Of a stretch of 64,000 bases of DNA, positions 19,207 through 28,585 are shown piece by piece. This DNA comes from an uncultured Flavobacteriaceae bacterium (lineage in GTDB: Bacteria > Bacteroidota > Bacteroidia > Flavobacteriales > Flavobacteriaceae): the NCBI GenBank assembly GCA_945788155.1, contig CALZKX010000218.1:46198-110197 (forward strand), given 5' to 3'. The translations under genes and the position numbers were made by a program. Below the pieces are notes generated by a model that had not been told where the DNA came from, searched no databases, and worked only from the letters and a program-made list of their open reading frames with translations. Within the stretch, counting starts at the first letter, position 1. Every line of letters starts with the position of its first letter.

Positions 19207-21288
19207 TTATTTGTTAATTGGTTTATCAGACCAATAATAGCATAGACCTTCAAATTTCTCAATTTTAGTGTAAACATCATCATCTAAAAATTTTGAATAT
19301 GGGCTAATCTTATAATCAAGATTAGACTTACTACATATGGATTTTGTAGGAATGCAAGCCATCACAGGTGTAATATAGCCATTTTTTATATCGGAATAAT
19401 GTTTGTTATTTGGGATTTTGATAGTGCATATTATTTGCTTGTTTTCAATTGATGGAGTGGGTTCAAATTTATCTTCTACAATTTTTCTCTTAATGTAAAT
19501 AACACCATCGAATTGAGAAATATCCTGAAACTTTGGTTTTTCCTCTTGCCTCTCATAATTTGTATTTAAATATTTTTTTTGATTGTCTAGCCAAATTTTA
19601 AAAGCTTCACGATTTGTTGGAATCTCATCAAAACTTAATAACCACTTTTGCAAATCTTTAATGTGGCCAAAGCAACTTACTCTAACTTCCTTGTCTTCCA
19701 TGTTCCATGAAAGTGTAAATGAAATCACTTTATCTAAACCTCTTTCAGTTATTTTATCAAATATTTTTTTAATTGCAAGTAGCGTGATTTTTACATCCTC
19801 TTGAGGATTATCATCACTGTGAAATATGCATGGAATATTCCAATAATCATCTTCTATGACTCCAAAGAAAGTATCTTCTTTAATAAAGAGATTTTTGTTT
19901 AATCTATCTAATGCTTTTTTAATTTCTAAAATATCATATTCAAGAACTGATTGGCTTTCACCATTACTTTCCATAACATCATATATAGATACACTGTGGC
20001 TATATTCTTTAAAGCCTTCATTTTTTTGATGATAGGATACTAAAAGTCTAATACCATCTCCCTCGTCAATGCTTTGAGGTACCAACTCTTGTTGCAATGT
20101 TTTTTTTGTGTGCTCACTTCCAAATTGAGATTTTGGTTTATCTATATCAAAATACTCATAGATTAATGGGTTGCCTTGCATGTACTTTGTGATTAGAATT
20201 TTCCAATCTTTTAGTTCAAGTTTACCATCTATTCTAAACAGTTTAGTATAATCACTTCTTCTTCCAAATTCAGTCATATTTTGGTCTATCCTGTCAAAAT
20301 ATAAATCTGATGAATATCCTCGAATAGCTCCATCAAAATGAACAAACGTATTTTTAGTGGTATCGTAAATAGAATGAACATACCTGCACCCAAAAAAATC
20401 TTCTAAAGTTGGAGCATTTTCTTCTCTTAATTCTTCTAATTCAAATTCTTTTAGTTCTTTGTTTTTTTTCCAATAGAACTCTGTTGCTGATACTTCGTAA
20501 TAACTTTTTTCAAAATCACTACAGATGTGTTTAGTAAGTCCTGGTCTTATGTTTGCAATGTCGTCATCATATTTTGGGCCAAACCAAAACTCTAACTCAA
20601 TAGCTTGTAGGAAGGTAGGAGCATACCCAATGATATCCCAATCAAGCCCTATTTTAAGAGTAACTTCTTCGTTGTCCTGATGAGACATTAATTCGTCTAA
20701 AAACAAGTAATGAAAGTTATTGAGTCTGGACAATGATTTTCTAAAATAACTATGAGAATATATACAAAGTGGTAATGAATTGTGTACAAAAACACCATGA
20801 AATTTATAAGTAAAATTTTCTTTTAAATCTGCTATTTTTATTAATCCGTCTTTATCTTTTAATTTAGTAAGCTCTGGAAAAACAGTAGCCAATATGTTTT
20901 TGTCTAATATGGCAAGTGTACTAGCTGATAAATATTTGTAATTTTCTGAAACTTTGTCTTTTAATAGTTCAAGTAATGCACCATTATTTTTATCGACATC
21001 ATCAGTAACATTTTTATAAGCACTATATCTTTTAAAATTATGTATCTGTTTGTTTTCTTCATCAGTTTCTGGGATTAATGTTATTCCTATATTTCTCACT
21101 AAATAAGGTTCAAAATATAATGCATAAGGAATCATACAGCCAATAGGACGATGCATGTCGTGACCAAGATGCATTGGGACACCTTCTGTCGCTTTCATCC
21201 ACATCATGTCTTCCATTGTGGAGATGGGAAAGAAATATCCGTATTTGTTTATTTGGTCAGAGTTTAATACTGAAAACGACTTATTCAT
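19207..21288 (-). CDS. Hypothetical 693-aa protein with prohead-protease-like motifs
   Basis: Long ORF; N-terminal NSDQINKYG...PMHLGHDMHRPIG motif; 24 bp upstream of the Avs-like gene. Confidence 0.6.
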   Translation of the reverse strand: MNKSFSVLNSDQINKYGYFFPISTMEDMMWMKATEGVPMHLGHDMHRPIGCMIPYALYFEPYLVRNIGITLIPETDEENKQIHNFKRYSAYKNVTDDVDKNNGALLELLKDKVSENYKYLSASTLAILDKNILATVFPELTKLKDKDGLIKIADLKENFTYKFHGVFVHNSLPLCIYSHSYFRKSLSRLNNFHYLFLDELMSHQDNEEVTLKIGLDWDIIGYAPTFLQAIELEFWFGPKYDDDIANIRPGLTKHICSDFEKSYYEVSATEFYWKKNKELKEFELEELREENAPTLEDFFGCRYVHSIYDTTKNTFVHFDGAIRGYSSDLYFDRIDQNMTEFGRRSDYTKLFRIDGKLELKDWKILITKYMQGNPLIYEYFDIDKPKSQFGSEHTKKTLQQELVPQSIDEGDGIRLLVSYHQKNEGFKEYSHSVSIYDVMESNGESQSVLEYDILEIKKALDRLNKNLFIKEDTFFGVIEDDYWNIPCIFHSDDNPQEDVKITLLAIKKIFDKITERGLDKVISFTLSWNMEDKEVRVSCFGHIKDLQKWLLSFDEIPTNREAFKIWLDNQKKYLNTNYERQEEKPKFQDISQFDGVIYIKRKIVEDKFEPTPSIENKQIICTIKIPNNKHYSDIKNGYITPVMACIPTKSICSKSNLDYKISPYSKFLDDDVYTKIEKFEGLCYYWSDKPINK

Positions 21289-21328
21289 ACATCAAAAATT
21301 TAAGAATGAAAGTAGGTTTTATACAAAC

Positions 21329-21359
21329 AAAAAAAGCCAATGAAAATCCATTAGCTTTT
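21329..21359 (-). terminator. Intrinsic terminator-like hairpin
   Basis: Minus strand AAAAGCTAATG-GATTTT-CATTGGCTTTTTTT. Confidence 0.55.
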
Positions 21360-21482
21360 GTAAAAATCTATATCTGGGTTAATCGTTTTTAAAGATAATT
21401 AATTTTTAATCAATTTGAAAACGAGTTTTAGGTTACAAAATATTAACACATTACAAATTTCGTAGAGTTTGATTGTGGTTAT

Positions 21483-21526
21483 TGACAATTTGTCAGAATA
21501 TTGCAAAAAACTAATTAAAATTGTCA
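21483..21526. promoter_or_regulatory. Palindromic operator-like site TGACAA-T-TTGTCA plus extra TTGTCA half-site
   Basis: Perfect palindrome at 21483-21495; half-site at 21521-21526; between divergent defence operons. Confidence 0.45.
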
Positions 21527-21583
21527 GCAATTATATGTTGGAGAACTTATTGATGTAAATGTTAAAGAAATTATAATAATTGT

Positions 21584-22570
21584 ATGCAAGACCAACCAAG
21601 ACTAAAAATATTATCCATTGATGGAGGAGGAATTAAAGGTGTTTTTCCTGCAAAGTTTCTAGCCTTAATAGAAGAGGAAATTGGAGAAGGCCAAATACAT
21701 AAGCACTTTGATGTAATTAGTGGTACATCTACTGGTGGTATTATAGCACTTGCTCTTTCCTTAGGTGTTCCAGCAAAAAGGATTCTTGAACTTTATAAGG
21801 ACAACGCAGACACTATTTTTGGAAAGATAAGATATAATATTTTTAGACGAGCTTTTTATAGTAACAAGCCATTAGAACAATTACTTAAAGATATTTTTAA
21901 GGAATATCATGTCGAGGAAGGTCATCCTAGAATAGATCATGCAAAAACTAAACTGTTAATCCCTATCTATAGTTTAATGGATGGATCAACACAAGTACTT
22001 AAAACACCACATGCTTCAGATTTGATTCTAGATAAACATATACCTATGTATATGGCAGCAATGGCAACATCTGCAGCTCCAACTTTTTTTAATTCGTATT
22101 CTAGTAGTTTCAAAAAAATAGATTCAACAACCATTGAGAGTTTTACAAATAAAGTAGATGGAGGTGTTTATGCTAATAATCCAAGTATGATTGCTTTAAT
22201 TGAAGCGCAAACCAGATTGGAAACAGAGCTTTCTGATATCGATTTATTGTCATTAGGGACTGGTCAAAAAATATTTTCTAATGCAAAGAAGAAAAAACGA
22301 TGGCAAGTGTTTTATTGGATCTGGAAAAAGAGAATTATAGAATTGTTTATGCAAAGTCAGTCACAAATTGTACATAACTCTATTTCTGTCCTTAATAATT
22401 TTAACCCTGATTTTAATTACCACAGAATTGATTTAGAGTTTGATGACAATTTTAAAGTGGCTATGGATGAAAAAGACGCAAATAAATTAGAGGCTTTAGC
22501 AGAACGAGCAACTAGAGAATACCAAAAAAATTGCAAAGATGTATTGGATACCTATTTTAGCAATAGGTAG
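21584..22570 (+). CDS. capV: CBASS patatin-like phospholipase effector
   Basis: DGGGIKG, GTSTG, ATSAAPTFF, DGGVYANNP; adjacent to CD-NTase. Confidence 0.9.
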   Translation: MQDQPRLKILSIDGGGIKGVFPAKFLALIEEEIGEGQIHKHFDVISGTSTGGIIALALSLGVPAKRILELYKDNADTIFGKIRYNIFRRAFYSNKPLEQLLKDIFKEYHVEEGHPRIDHAKTKLLIPIYSLMDGSTQVLKTPHASDLILDKHIPMYMAAMATSAAPTFFNSYSSSFKKIDSTTIESFTNKVDGGVYANNPSMIALIEAQTRLETELSDIDLLSLGTGQKIFSNAKKKKRWQVFYWIWKKRIIELFMQSQSQIVHNSISVLNNFNPDFNYHRIDLEFDDNFKVAMDEKDANKLEALAERATREYQKNCKDVLDTYFSNR

Positions 22571-22622
22571 TTACCTTTTGCTCAAAGAAAATAATAAAAA
22601 ACCGAAGAAGAAAATATATAAT

Positions 22623-23633
22623 ATGGCTAACTGTAACAAACTTTTTAAAGACTATAACGATAATTTAACTATCAAAACAGCAAAGAAAAATCGTCTTAAG
22701 GAATCAAAAAATGTATTGAGAGAAAGAATCAGAAAATACTTCAAAGATAATCATCTAGAATATGTACCTGAGTTTTATATTCAAGGTAGTTACAAGATGA
22801 AAACTACTATTGAAACCAAAGATGATGATTGTGATTTAGATGACGGAATTTACTTTAAAAGAGAGGTTGGCGTAACAGGAACAACTCTACAGAAATGGGT
22901 TAAAGATGCTGTCACAGGTTCTACATCAACCGATCCTCAACATAGAAAAAAATGTATCCGTGTTGTTTATGCAGGTGATTATCATATTGATTTTCCAGTT
23001 TATTATTTTCAAGATGATTGGAGTCATCCTCGTCTAGCGGTTAAAGAAGAGGGTTTACAAGAAAGTGACCCAAAAGAGGTTGTAGATTGGTTTGCTGGAG
23101 CCAAAGATAGTAATGGACAATTAGTTAGAATAGTTAAGTTTTTGAAAGGTTGGGGAGATTTTAAAAGGAATAAAATGCCTAGTGGTCTAGCCATGTGTAT
23201 ACTTGTAGAAAAAAATATAAAATATAACGATAGAGACGATGTTTCAATGAAAGAAACGTTAGAGGCTATAAAGGAGTCCTTAAATTATAATTTCGAATGT
23301 ATTGTTCCTGGAACGCCTTATGACGATTTGTTTTCTGATTATGACAATGCTAGAAAAAATAATTTTCTTTCTAATCTAGATAGTTTTATTGAAGATGCTA
23401 CTAAAGCAATTGAGAATGAACCTAATCAAATGAAAGCTAGTAAGTTATGGAGAAAACACTTTGGAGATAAGTTTCCGTTAGGAGCAGATGAAGATGTTGA
23501 CGCTAAAGAAAGTGCTTTAAGAGCACAATCTACTAGCATACTTTCTGGCGAAGCCTATACAACGAGAGATGGAGCAGTTAGTGATTCTGGTAGTGTAAAA
23601 AATAAACCGCATACTAATTATGGCGGGGAGTAA
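22623..23633 (+). CDS. CBASS cGAS/DncV-like nucleotidyltransferase (CD-NTase)
   Basis: QGSY..KT, DLDDG, HIDFP motifs; C-terminal tail PHTNYGGE; start MANCNKLF preferred. Confidence 0.92.
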   Translation: MANCNKLFKDYNDNLTIKTAKKNRLKESKNVLRERIRKYFKDNHLEYVPEFYIQGSYKMKTTIETKDDDCDLDDGIYFKREVGVTGTTLQKWVKDAVTGSTSTDPQHRKKCIRVVYAGDYHIDFPVYYFQDDWSHPRLAVKEEGLQESDPKEVVDWFAGAKDSNGQLVRIVKFLKGWGDFKRNKMPSGLAMCILVEKNIKYNDRDDVSMKETLEAIKESLNYNFECIVPGTPYDDLFSDYDNARKNNFLSNLDSFIEDATKAIENEPNQMKASKLWRKHFGDKFPLGADEDVDAKESALRAQSTSILSGEAYTTRDGAVSDSGSVKNKPHTNYGGE

Positions 23634-24090
23634 ATTTCATAAGAAGAGAAGTCAAAAATCGTTGAGAGCTGATTTAATCAAAAGAGCAATCTTAATCCGA
23701 GAAAAAAAATTACTGGAAACACATTTTGATTTTTTGGAATGCAAAATAAGTAAAGGCTCTCTTATTGTAAAAGGTATTTGTAAGCCTACAGATCAATCAC
23801 CTGAATATCGATATACAATAACTTATAATGCAGTAAAACCTCCAAAGGTTTTAGTTGATGAACCACAAATTGAGTATAATAACGAAATACATATGTTTCC
23901 ATCAGATAATTCACTTTGTCTTTACCATGCTGAATCAGATGACTTAGTTTGGAACTCACGAAATCACAACATTTACGATACAATAATTCCTTGGACACAA
24001 GAATGGTTTATTTATTTTGAACTATATAACATAACTGGTAAATGGGAACACCCACATATCGATCACAGACTTAATAAATTAATGAAATGA
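23620..24090 (+). CDS. Stand-alone E2 (ubiquitin-conjugating-like) CBASS ancillary protein
   Basis: PPKV..P...HMFP...LCLY...W...IIPW..EW pattern of UBC/E2 fold with candidate catalytic Cys; overlaps CD-NTase stop. Confidence 0.75.
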   Translation: MAGSKFHKKRSQKSLRADLIKRAILIREKKLLETHFDFLECKISKGSLIVKGICKPTDQSPEYRYTITYNAVKPPKVLVDEPQIEYNNEIHMFPSDNSLCLYHAESDDLVWNSRNHNIYDTIIPWTQEWFIYFELYNITGKWEHPHIDHRLNKLMK

Positions 24091-24881
24091 ATTACGAAAA
24101 TAGAATTTGTTGCTTTATTGATATTCTTGGTTTTCAAGAGCATGTAAACGAAACCATTAATGATGATGAAGACAATGTTAAAAAAATTAAAAGCATCAAG
24201 CAAATCATTGATATAGCCAGAATGATTGTTATTGATTATGATAGCGGAGTTTCGAAATCAAAAAAAGTAACACAGTTTTCTGATTCAATAGTTATTTCAT
24301 TCAAGATTGAAGAGAAAAGTGAGGTTTTCTATACATTACTTGACTTATTACATATTGCTTTTGAATTTGCCAATAAAGGATATTTGGCTAGAGGCGGAGT
24401 TTGCCTTGGTAAAATGATTCATACAGATGATTTTATTTTAGGACCAGCTTTGGTTGATTCTTATATCTTGGAATCGAAAAAGGCAATCTATCCAAGAATT
24501 ATAGTAGACCCAGAAGTTATTGCAGCTGGAATGATATTTAAAAGTGATCATAATGATACTGAATTCGAGAAGGAAAGCATACTAGAATGTTTGAACAAAG
24601 ATGATGATGGCTATTACTATATTGATTTTATTGAAAAAGCTAATTTTGAACTTGATGAGCCAAACTATGATTTACTTCCATATTTGTTTAATTTAGAAAA
24701 ACTAATTAAAGCTGGTTTAGGTTCTTCAGATGAAAGAGTTAAAATAAAATATGATTGGTTAAAAGTAAAATACAATAGTTACATACTTCAAATCTTGAAT
24801 AATATAAAAGATTTGGATAGTATTGATGAAGATTACGAATTATTGGAAGCTTCTAAGAACCTCAAGCCAATTAAAAATTAG
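24087..24881 (+). CDS. Class III nucleotide-cyclase-like protein
   Basis: FIDILGF, QFSDS, RGGVCLG, GPALV..Y..E...YPRI motifs; ATGA overlap with E2 gene. Confidence 0.6.
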   Translation: MNYENRICCFIDILGFQEHVNETINDDEDNVKKIKSIKQIIDIARMIVIDYDSGVSKSKKVTQFSDSIVISFKIEEKSEVFYTLLDLLHIAFEFANKGYLARGGVCLGKMIHTDDFILGPALVDSYILESKKAIYPRIIVDPEVIAAGMIFKSDHNDTEFEKESILECLNKDDDGYYYIDFIEKANFELDEPNYDLLPYLFNLEKLIKAGLGSSDERVKIKYDWLKVKYNSYILQILNNIKDLDSIDEDYELLEASKNLKPIKN

Positions 24882-25612
24882 ATGCAAGAAATAACCTTTA
24901 TTAATCTATCAAAAGAAAATCCAAAGATTTACACTTTGATATTTTTGAAAATGCTAAAAACTTAAAATCAGATTCTTCATTATTAGTTAAAAAGAATGCA
25001 TCTTACAGTAGTGCAAGTTCATTATTAATATTAAGTTCTGAAGAAGTCATTAAAGCAATATTAGTGTTATTGCATAGTCATGGATATAGGGTTTATTTAC
25101 TTAAAGATGCAAAAGAATTTTTTAAAAACCATGAAATAAGGCATTCACTACAAATGCTTATTGAAACTGGAATGTCTTTATTCGAAACAGTTGACAAATG
25201 GGAAAGTAGAAAGCTTAAAAAACAGCCTCCAAAAACTTCAAGAAAGTGGCTTAATAATACATTACAATTTTTATCTGATGCTGCTTTTGTTTTATCAAAT
25301 GTAAGTACAGCAATGAGTAGAGTCGAGGGAATTATAAAATTTAATGATTTAAAGAATTCGGGTTTCTATGTAGATTACAAGAACGAGATTCTAATACCAA
25401 AAGAAACTGTTGTTCAAGAAGATTATAATTCGATTTTAGATACTTCAAATAGACTTATTATATTTTATAAGCAATTAAGAATTATATTTCATCCTTCGAT
25501 AACAAAGCATTTGTCAAAAGACAAGGTTGAAGAAGTAAAAAATGGATTACATGTTTTCATAAATGACGCATTAAAGGACTTTTCTTTTAGGGAAATAAAT
25601 AAGATTAAGTAG
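24882..25612 (+). pseudogene. AbiV-family abortive infection protein, frameshifted near 24916-24919
   Basis: ATG right after previous stop gives MQEITFINLSKE; -1 frame continues KSKDLHFDIFENAKNLKSDSSLL...Y..A..LLILSSEEVIKA...H...KNSGFYVD (AbiV/HEPN-like pattern). Confidence 0.7.
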
Positions 25613-26723
25613 ATATCTTCCCCCAAACCAAAGGATGCTCACTAGCAGCAATATTTTTACTAGTAACAGATTTATAAATAGACCACTGTGGGCGTTTTTC
25701 AGGCCACATCGCTCTGCGATTTAAGCCACTATCTTTCATTTTATTGAATAAAGCCGGCGAGAACAACATATAATCTTTCTGCTTAATATTTACACCCATT
25801 CTGTAAGCACCTAATCTAAAATAAGTGCCATCGTTTCCCTTATCAATATCCACTTCAAAAGAGAGATGCTTTGTAATATCTTTCAGGTCTGTATCTTGGA
25901 TTAAAGGCGATAGGGAATTACAATAAGATGGTGCGTTAAATGTACCAGCAATTATGACATTGTTTTTGCCTTCAGCTATTAACTTTTTGTAAACTTCAGC
26001 AATTTTATAAACTTGTTTTTTTCTAATATTATCAGCTTGCTTTTTGTCTTTTGTTTGCTTTTGGAGGTAAGCATTAAGTAACCAGATTTTTTCTTTTAAT
26101 GGTGTGGTAATTTCATATTCAATGAGGTTTTTACCATCATCGTTAATTATGGTATTAATGTTATGGGTTCTAACAGCTTCAAGTTTGTAACCTTGTCGCA
26201 ATGCAATTCCCATTTCTAAACTATTCATATCATTACCTTGAATCACAAAAGAGTGTTCAAAAGATTTACAGTCAAACTTTGGTAAAATGAGTTGATTGAA
26301 ATCTTCAAAAGATGCTCTATCTTCTATTTCCTGAAGTAATAAAATATCAGGATTTACATCTGCAATGACTTGTGCTTTATGTTGTGTTGCATCAGGATGT
26401 ATAGGAACGGTTTGAAGTTCTATCCATCCGTTCCAATTAGTGAGCTCGCCAGCTTTGTTTTCAATAGAATGACTTAAGCCTTTCATATACAAAAAACCTG
26501 CTTTTCTTCGCAAAACAGCATAAGGTCGTGGTGTTGATTTTTCAAAACCAATTAAGAACGATAATTCTCTGATACGATCTTGTTGGTTCCATGATTTGGA
26601 TGGTTGGAGCATTAACATATCAAGTTCTGATATCCAATCGGTAATCTGTTTACCAATAGGTTTTTCTATTAGGCTTTTGTCCCTGTGAAAGAGATTTTGG
26701 ATGTTAAAGGTTGCTATTTTCAT
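25605..26723 (-). CDS. Endonuclease/exonuclease/phosphatase family protein
   Basis: IATFNIQN, LLQEIE, GTFN, DY, SEHP motifs (some catalytic positions degenerate). Confidence 0.8.
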   Translation of the reverse strand: MKIATFNIQNLFHRDKSLIEKPIGKQITDWISELDMLMLQPSKSWNQQDRIRELSFLIGFEKSTPRPYAVLRRKAGFLYMKGLSHSIENKAGELTNWNGWIELQTVPIHPDATQHKAQVIADVNPDILLLQEIEDRASFEDFNQLILPKFDCKSFEHSFVIQGNDMNSLEMGIALRQGYKLEAVRTHNINTIINDDGKNLIEYEITTPLKEKIWLLNAYLQKQTKDKKQADNIRKKQVYKIAEVYKKLIAEGKNNVIIAGTFNAPSYCNSLSPLIQDTDLKDITKHLSFEVDIDKGNDGTYFRLGAYRMGVNIKQKDYMLFSPALFNKMKDSGLNRRAMWPEKRPQWSIYKSVTSKNIAASEHPLVWGKIST

Positions 26724-26735
26724 GATGGGTGGTTT

Positions 26736-27392
26736 TTATTTTCGTTTATCGTTGGTGTCTTTGTCAAATGCTACGAGGTTGAATAATTGACGCATTCTGC
26801 TTCTTACTCTATTGCCATATAAACCTTCTAATTCTTCGGCATTGAGGTTTGTTGTTGCATGTGTTTTTATTTTGTGGTCTATAAAAAGTTCGTGACGAGA
26901 GAGCAAGATTTCGCCCATGACATTGCAATCTTTTCCATAGTGTCTTCCTATAGGTTCCACACCCAAATCGTCAAAACAGAAAAACTGCCTAGAGCCATAA
27001 TCTTCAATGGTTTTGTAACCAATATGATTAAAACCAAACACAATATTTCTGGAAGGAATGAGGATGTATGGTTTTTGCAACGGAACGATGTGTTTTAGCA
27101 ATAACATGAGGCTTGTTTTGCCACAACCTACAGGTCCAGAAAGTAAAATACCTTTATCGGGATCAATGTTGTTTTTCTCGCAATTTTCTTTGTCTTTTAT
27201 GAAGTAATGACAGAGTTTTAATAGGATTGGACGGTCTTCTTCGTAGATTTTAAAACCGTTACCAAAGAGCATTTTTCCTTTTGCATCAAGATAGATTAAG
27301 ATTTTTTCAAAATCGTAAATCACTTCTTTACCATCAAAGGTACCGATGGAATACGTTTTATATTTTTCGACTATTTTACAAGGGTTGACCAT
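26736..27392 (-). CDS. P-loop ATPase, DnaC/IstB-like
   Basis: GPVGCGKTS, FDDLG, TTNL, YGNRVRSR. Confidence 0.85.
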   Translation of the reverse strand: MVNPCKIVEKYKTYSIGTFDGKEVIYDFEKILIYLDAKGKMLFGNGFKIYEEDRPILLKLCHYFIKDKENCEKNNIDPDKGILLSGPVGCGKTSLMLLLKHIVPLQKPYILIPSRNIVFGFNHIGYKTIEDYGSRQFFCFDDLGVEPIGRHYGKDCNVMGEILLSRHELFIDHKIKTHATTNLNAEELEGLYGNRVRSRMRQLFNLVAFDKDTNDKRK

Positions 27393-28023
27393 AATCTTTT
27401 TGTTTACTGGTTCTCAGGTTGTCCTTATTTTGAGACACTGCACCAACAGTTTCAAATTCATTTGCTTTTAACATCCAATTACTTGCTGTAGCCTGCCAAT
27501 CTTCAATTTTTATTTTGCCACCAATCTTCCAACCTATGCCTTGATAATGATTGAAGAATTTTTTTGCTTCACTAGCAGGCCATTTTTTCTTTTTAAAAAA
27601 ATCAATGACTTCAAATTCATTTTTTGGTAGCTTAGTTTTATTTATGTTTTCTATTTGTTTATTAATGTTTGTATTACGTATCAATGCTTGTTCAGTACTT
27701 GTTTCATGCTCGTTTACAACTTGTTCAGAGGTTGTACCGAAATTGAACATCTTAATTTTACTGCCTTTATATGGATTGTACGAAGGCATATATTTTAGAT
27801 ATTTCCATGTATTCATCTGTTTTAAGCAGCTATGATAAGTTGCTGTCGAGCCAATTTTTGAGAGTTCCATAACTTCTTGTCTGTGTATGTAAAATTCTTC
27901 TGGAAATCGATTGATATTCCAAAACTGAAACAAAGCCATATACAAGCTCACATGAGTTGTATTTAACCTTTTGTCTGCATAGAACTTTTGAAATACAGTA
28001 TTGAGATGTTTTATATAATTCAT
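27376..28023 (-). CDS. Putative replication-initiator-like wHTH protein
   Basis: MNYIKHL..., SLYMALFQFWN, C-terminal FFNHY..GW...W domain; overlaps ATPase start. Confidence 0.55.
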   Translation of the reverse strand: MNYIKHLNTVFQKFYADKRLNTTHVSLYMALFQFWNINRFPEEFYIHRQEVMELSKIGSTATYHSCLKQMNTWKYLKYMPSYNPYKGSKIKMFNFGTTSEQVVNEHETSTEQALIRNTNINKQIENINKTKLPKNEFEVIDFFKKKKWPASEAKKFFNHYQGIGWKIGGKIKIEDWQATASNWMLKANEFETVGAVSQNKDNLRTSKQKDYGQPL

Positions 28024-28029
28024 ACATCA

Positions 28030-28311
28030 TTAATCGATTTTATGATGTACTCGATTATCGTCCAATACCTTTTGTATTTCTTCGGAATCGTAAAAGATGA
28101 TGCCACCAACTTTGGTGTAGGGAAGTGTTCCATTGATGCGGAGATTTTGCAATGTACCTGGACTAATTTGAAGGAAGTCCATAACTTCGGAAGACTTTAG
28201 ATACTTTTTTAGAGTTCCTTTGGTTTGATTGCTTAATAGTTTTTTGATCTCATCGAGTAATTCCAATTTGAATTCTCGAAGATCGTCTGTTGTGATAATG
28301 CTTGTTGGCAT
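28030..28311 (-). CDS. Excisionase-like HTH (HTH_17/MerR-like) protein
   Basis: YLKSSEV..LQISPGTLQNLRINGTLPYTKVGG. Confidence 0.85.
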   Translation of the reverse strand: MPTSIITTDDLREFKLELLDEIKKLLSNQTKGTLKKYLKSSEVMDFLQISPGTLQNLRINGTLPYTKVGGIIFYDSEEIQKVLDDNRVHHKID

Positions 28312-28585
28312 AGTAGAACTGTTTTTTAGAAAGGAACTACCATTTAGCTTAAACTTTAAAATGATAGTCCCTGACCTGATTTGACTTTCGTTCTACAAAT
28401 TTGTTGCTTATTATTGGCTAAACATCAATAGTCAATCAAGAGGTGGGAATTATTTACGGTCATAAATTTTGATTAGTTTTTTTATGAAGAAGGACCTGTT
28501 TAAATGATGTTGAGCTTCATTTTATAGTAAATATTATGACGCTATTGATTTAAAATCAAATTCCCAACTTGGGTTGAACTTGGGA

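Noticed and set aside
22539-22622. Hydrophobic N-terminal extension of the CD-NTase
   Set aside because: Overlaps the capV end; MANCNKLF at 22623 looks like the natural start, though the extension cannot be fully excluded
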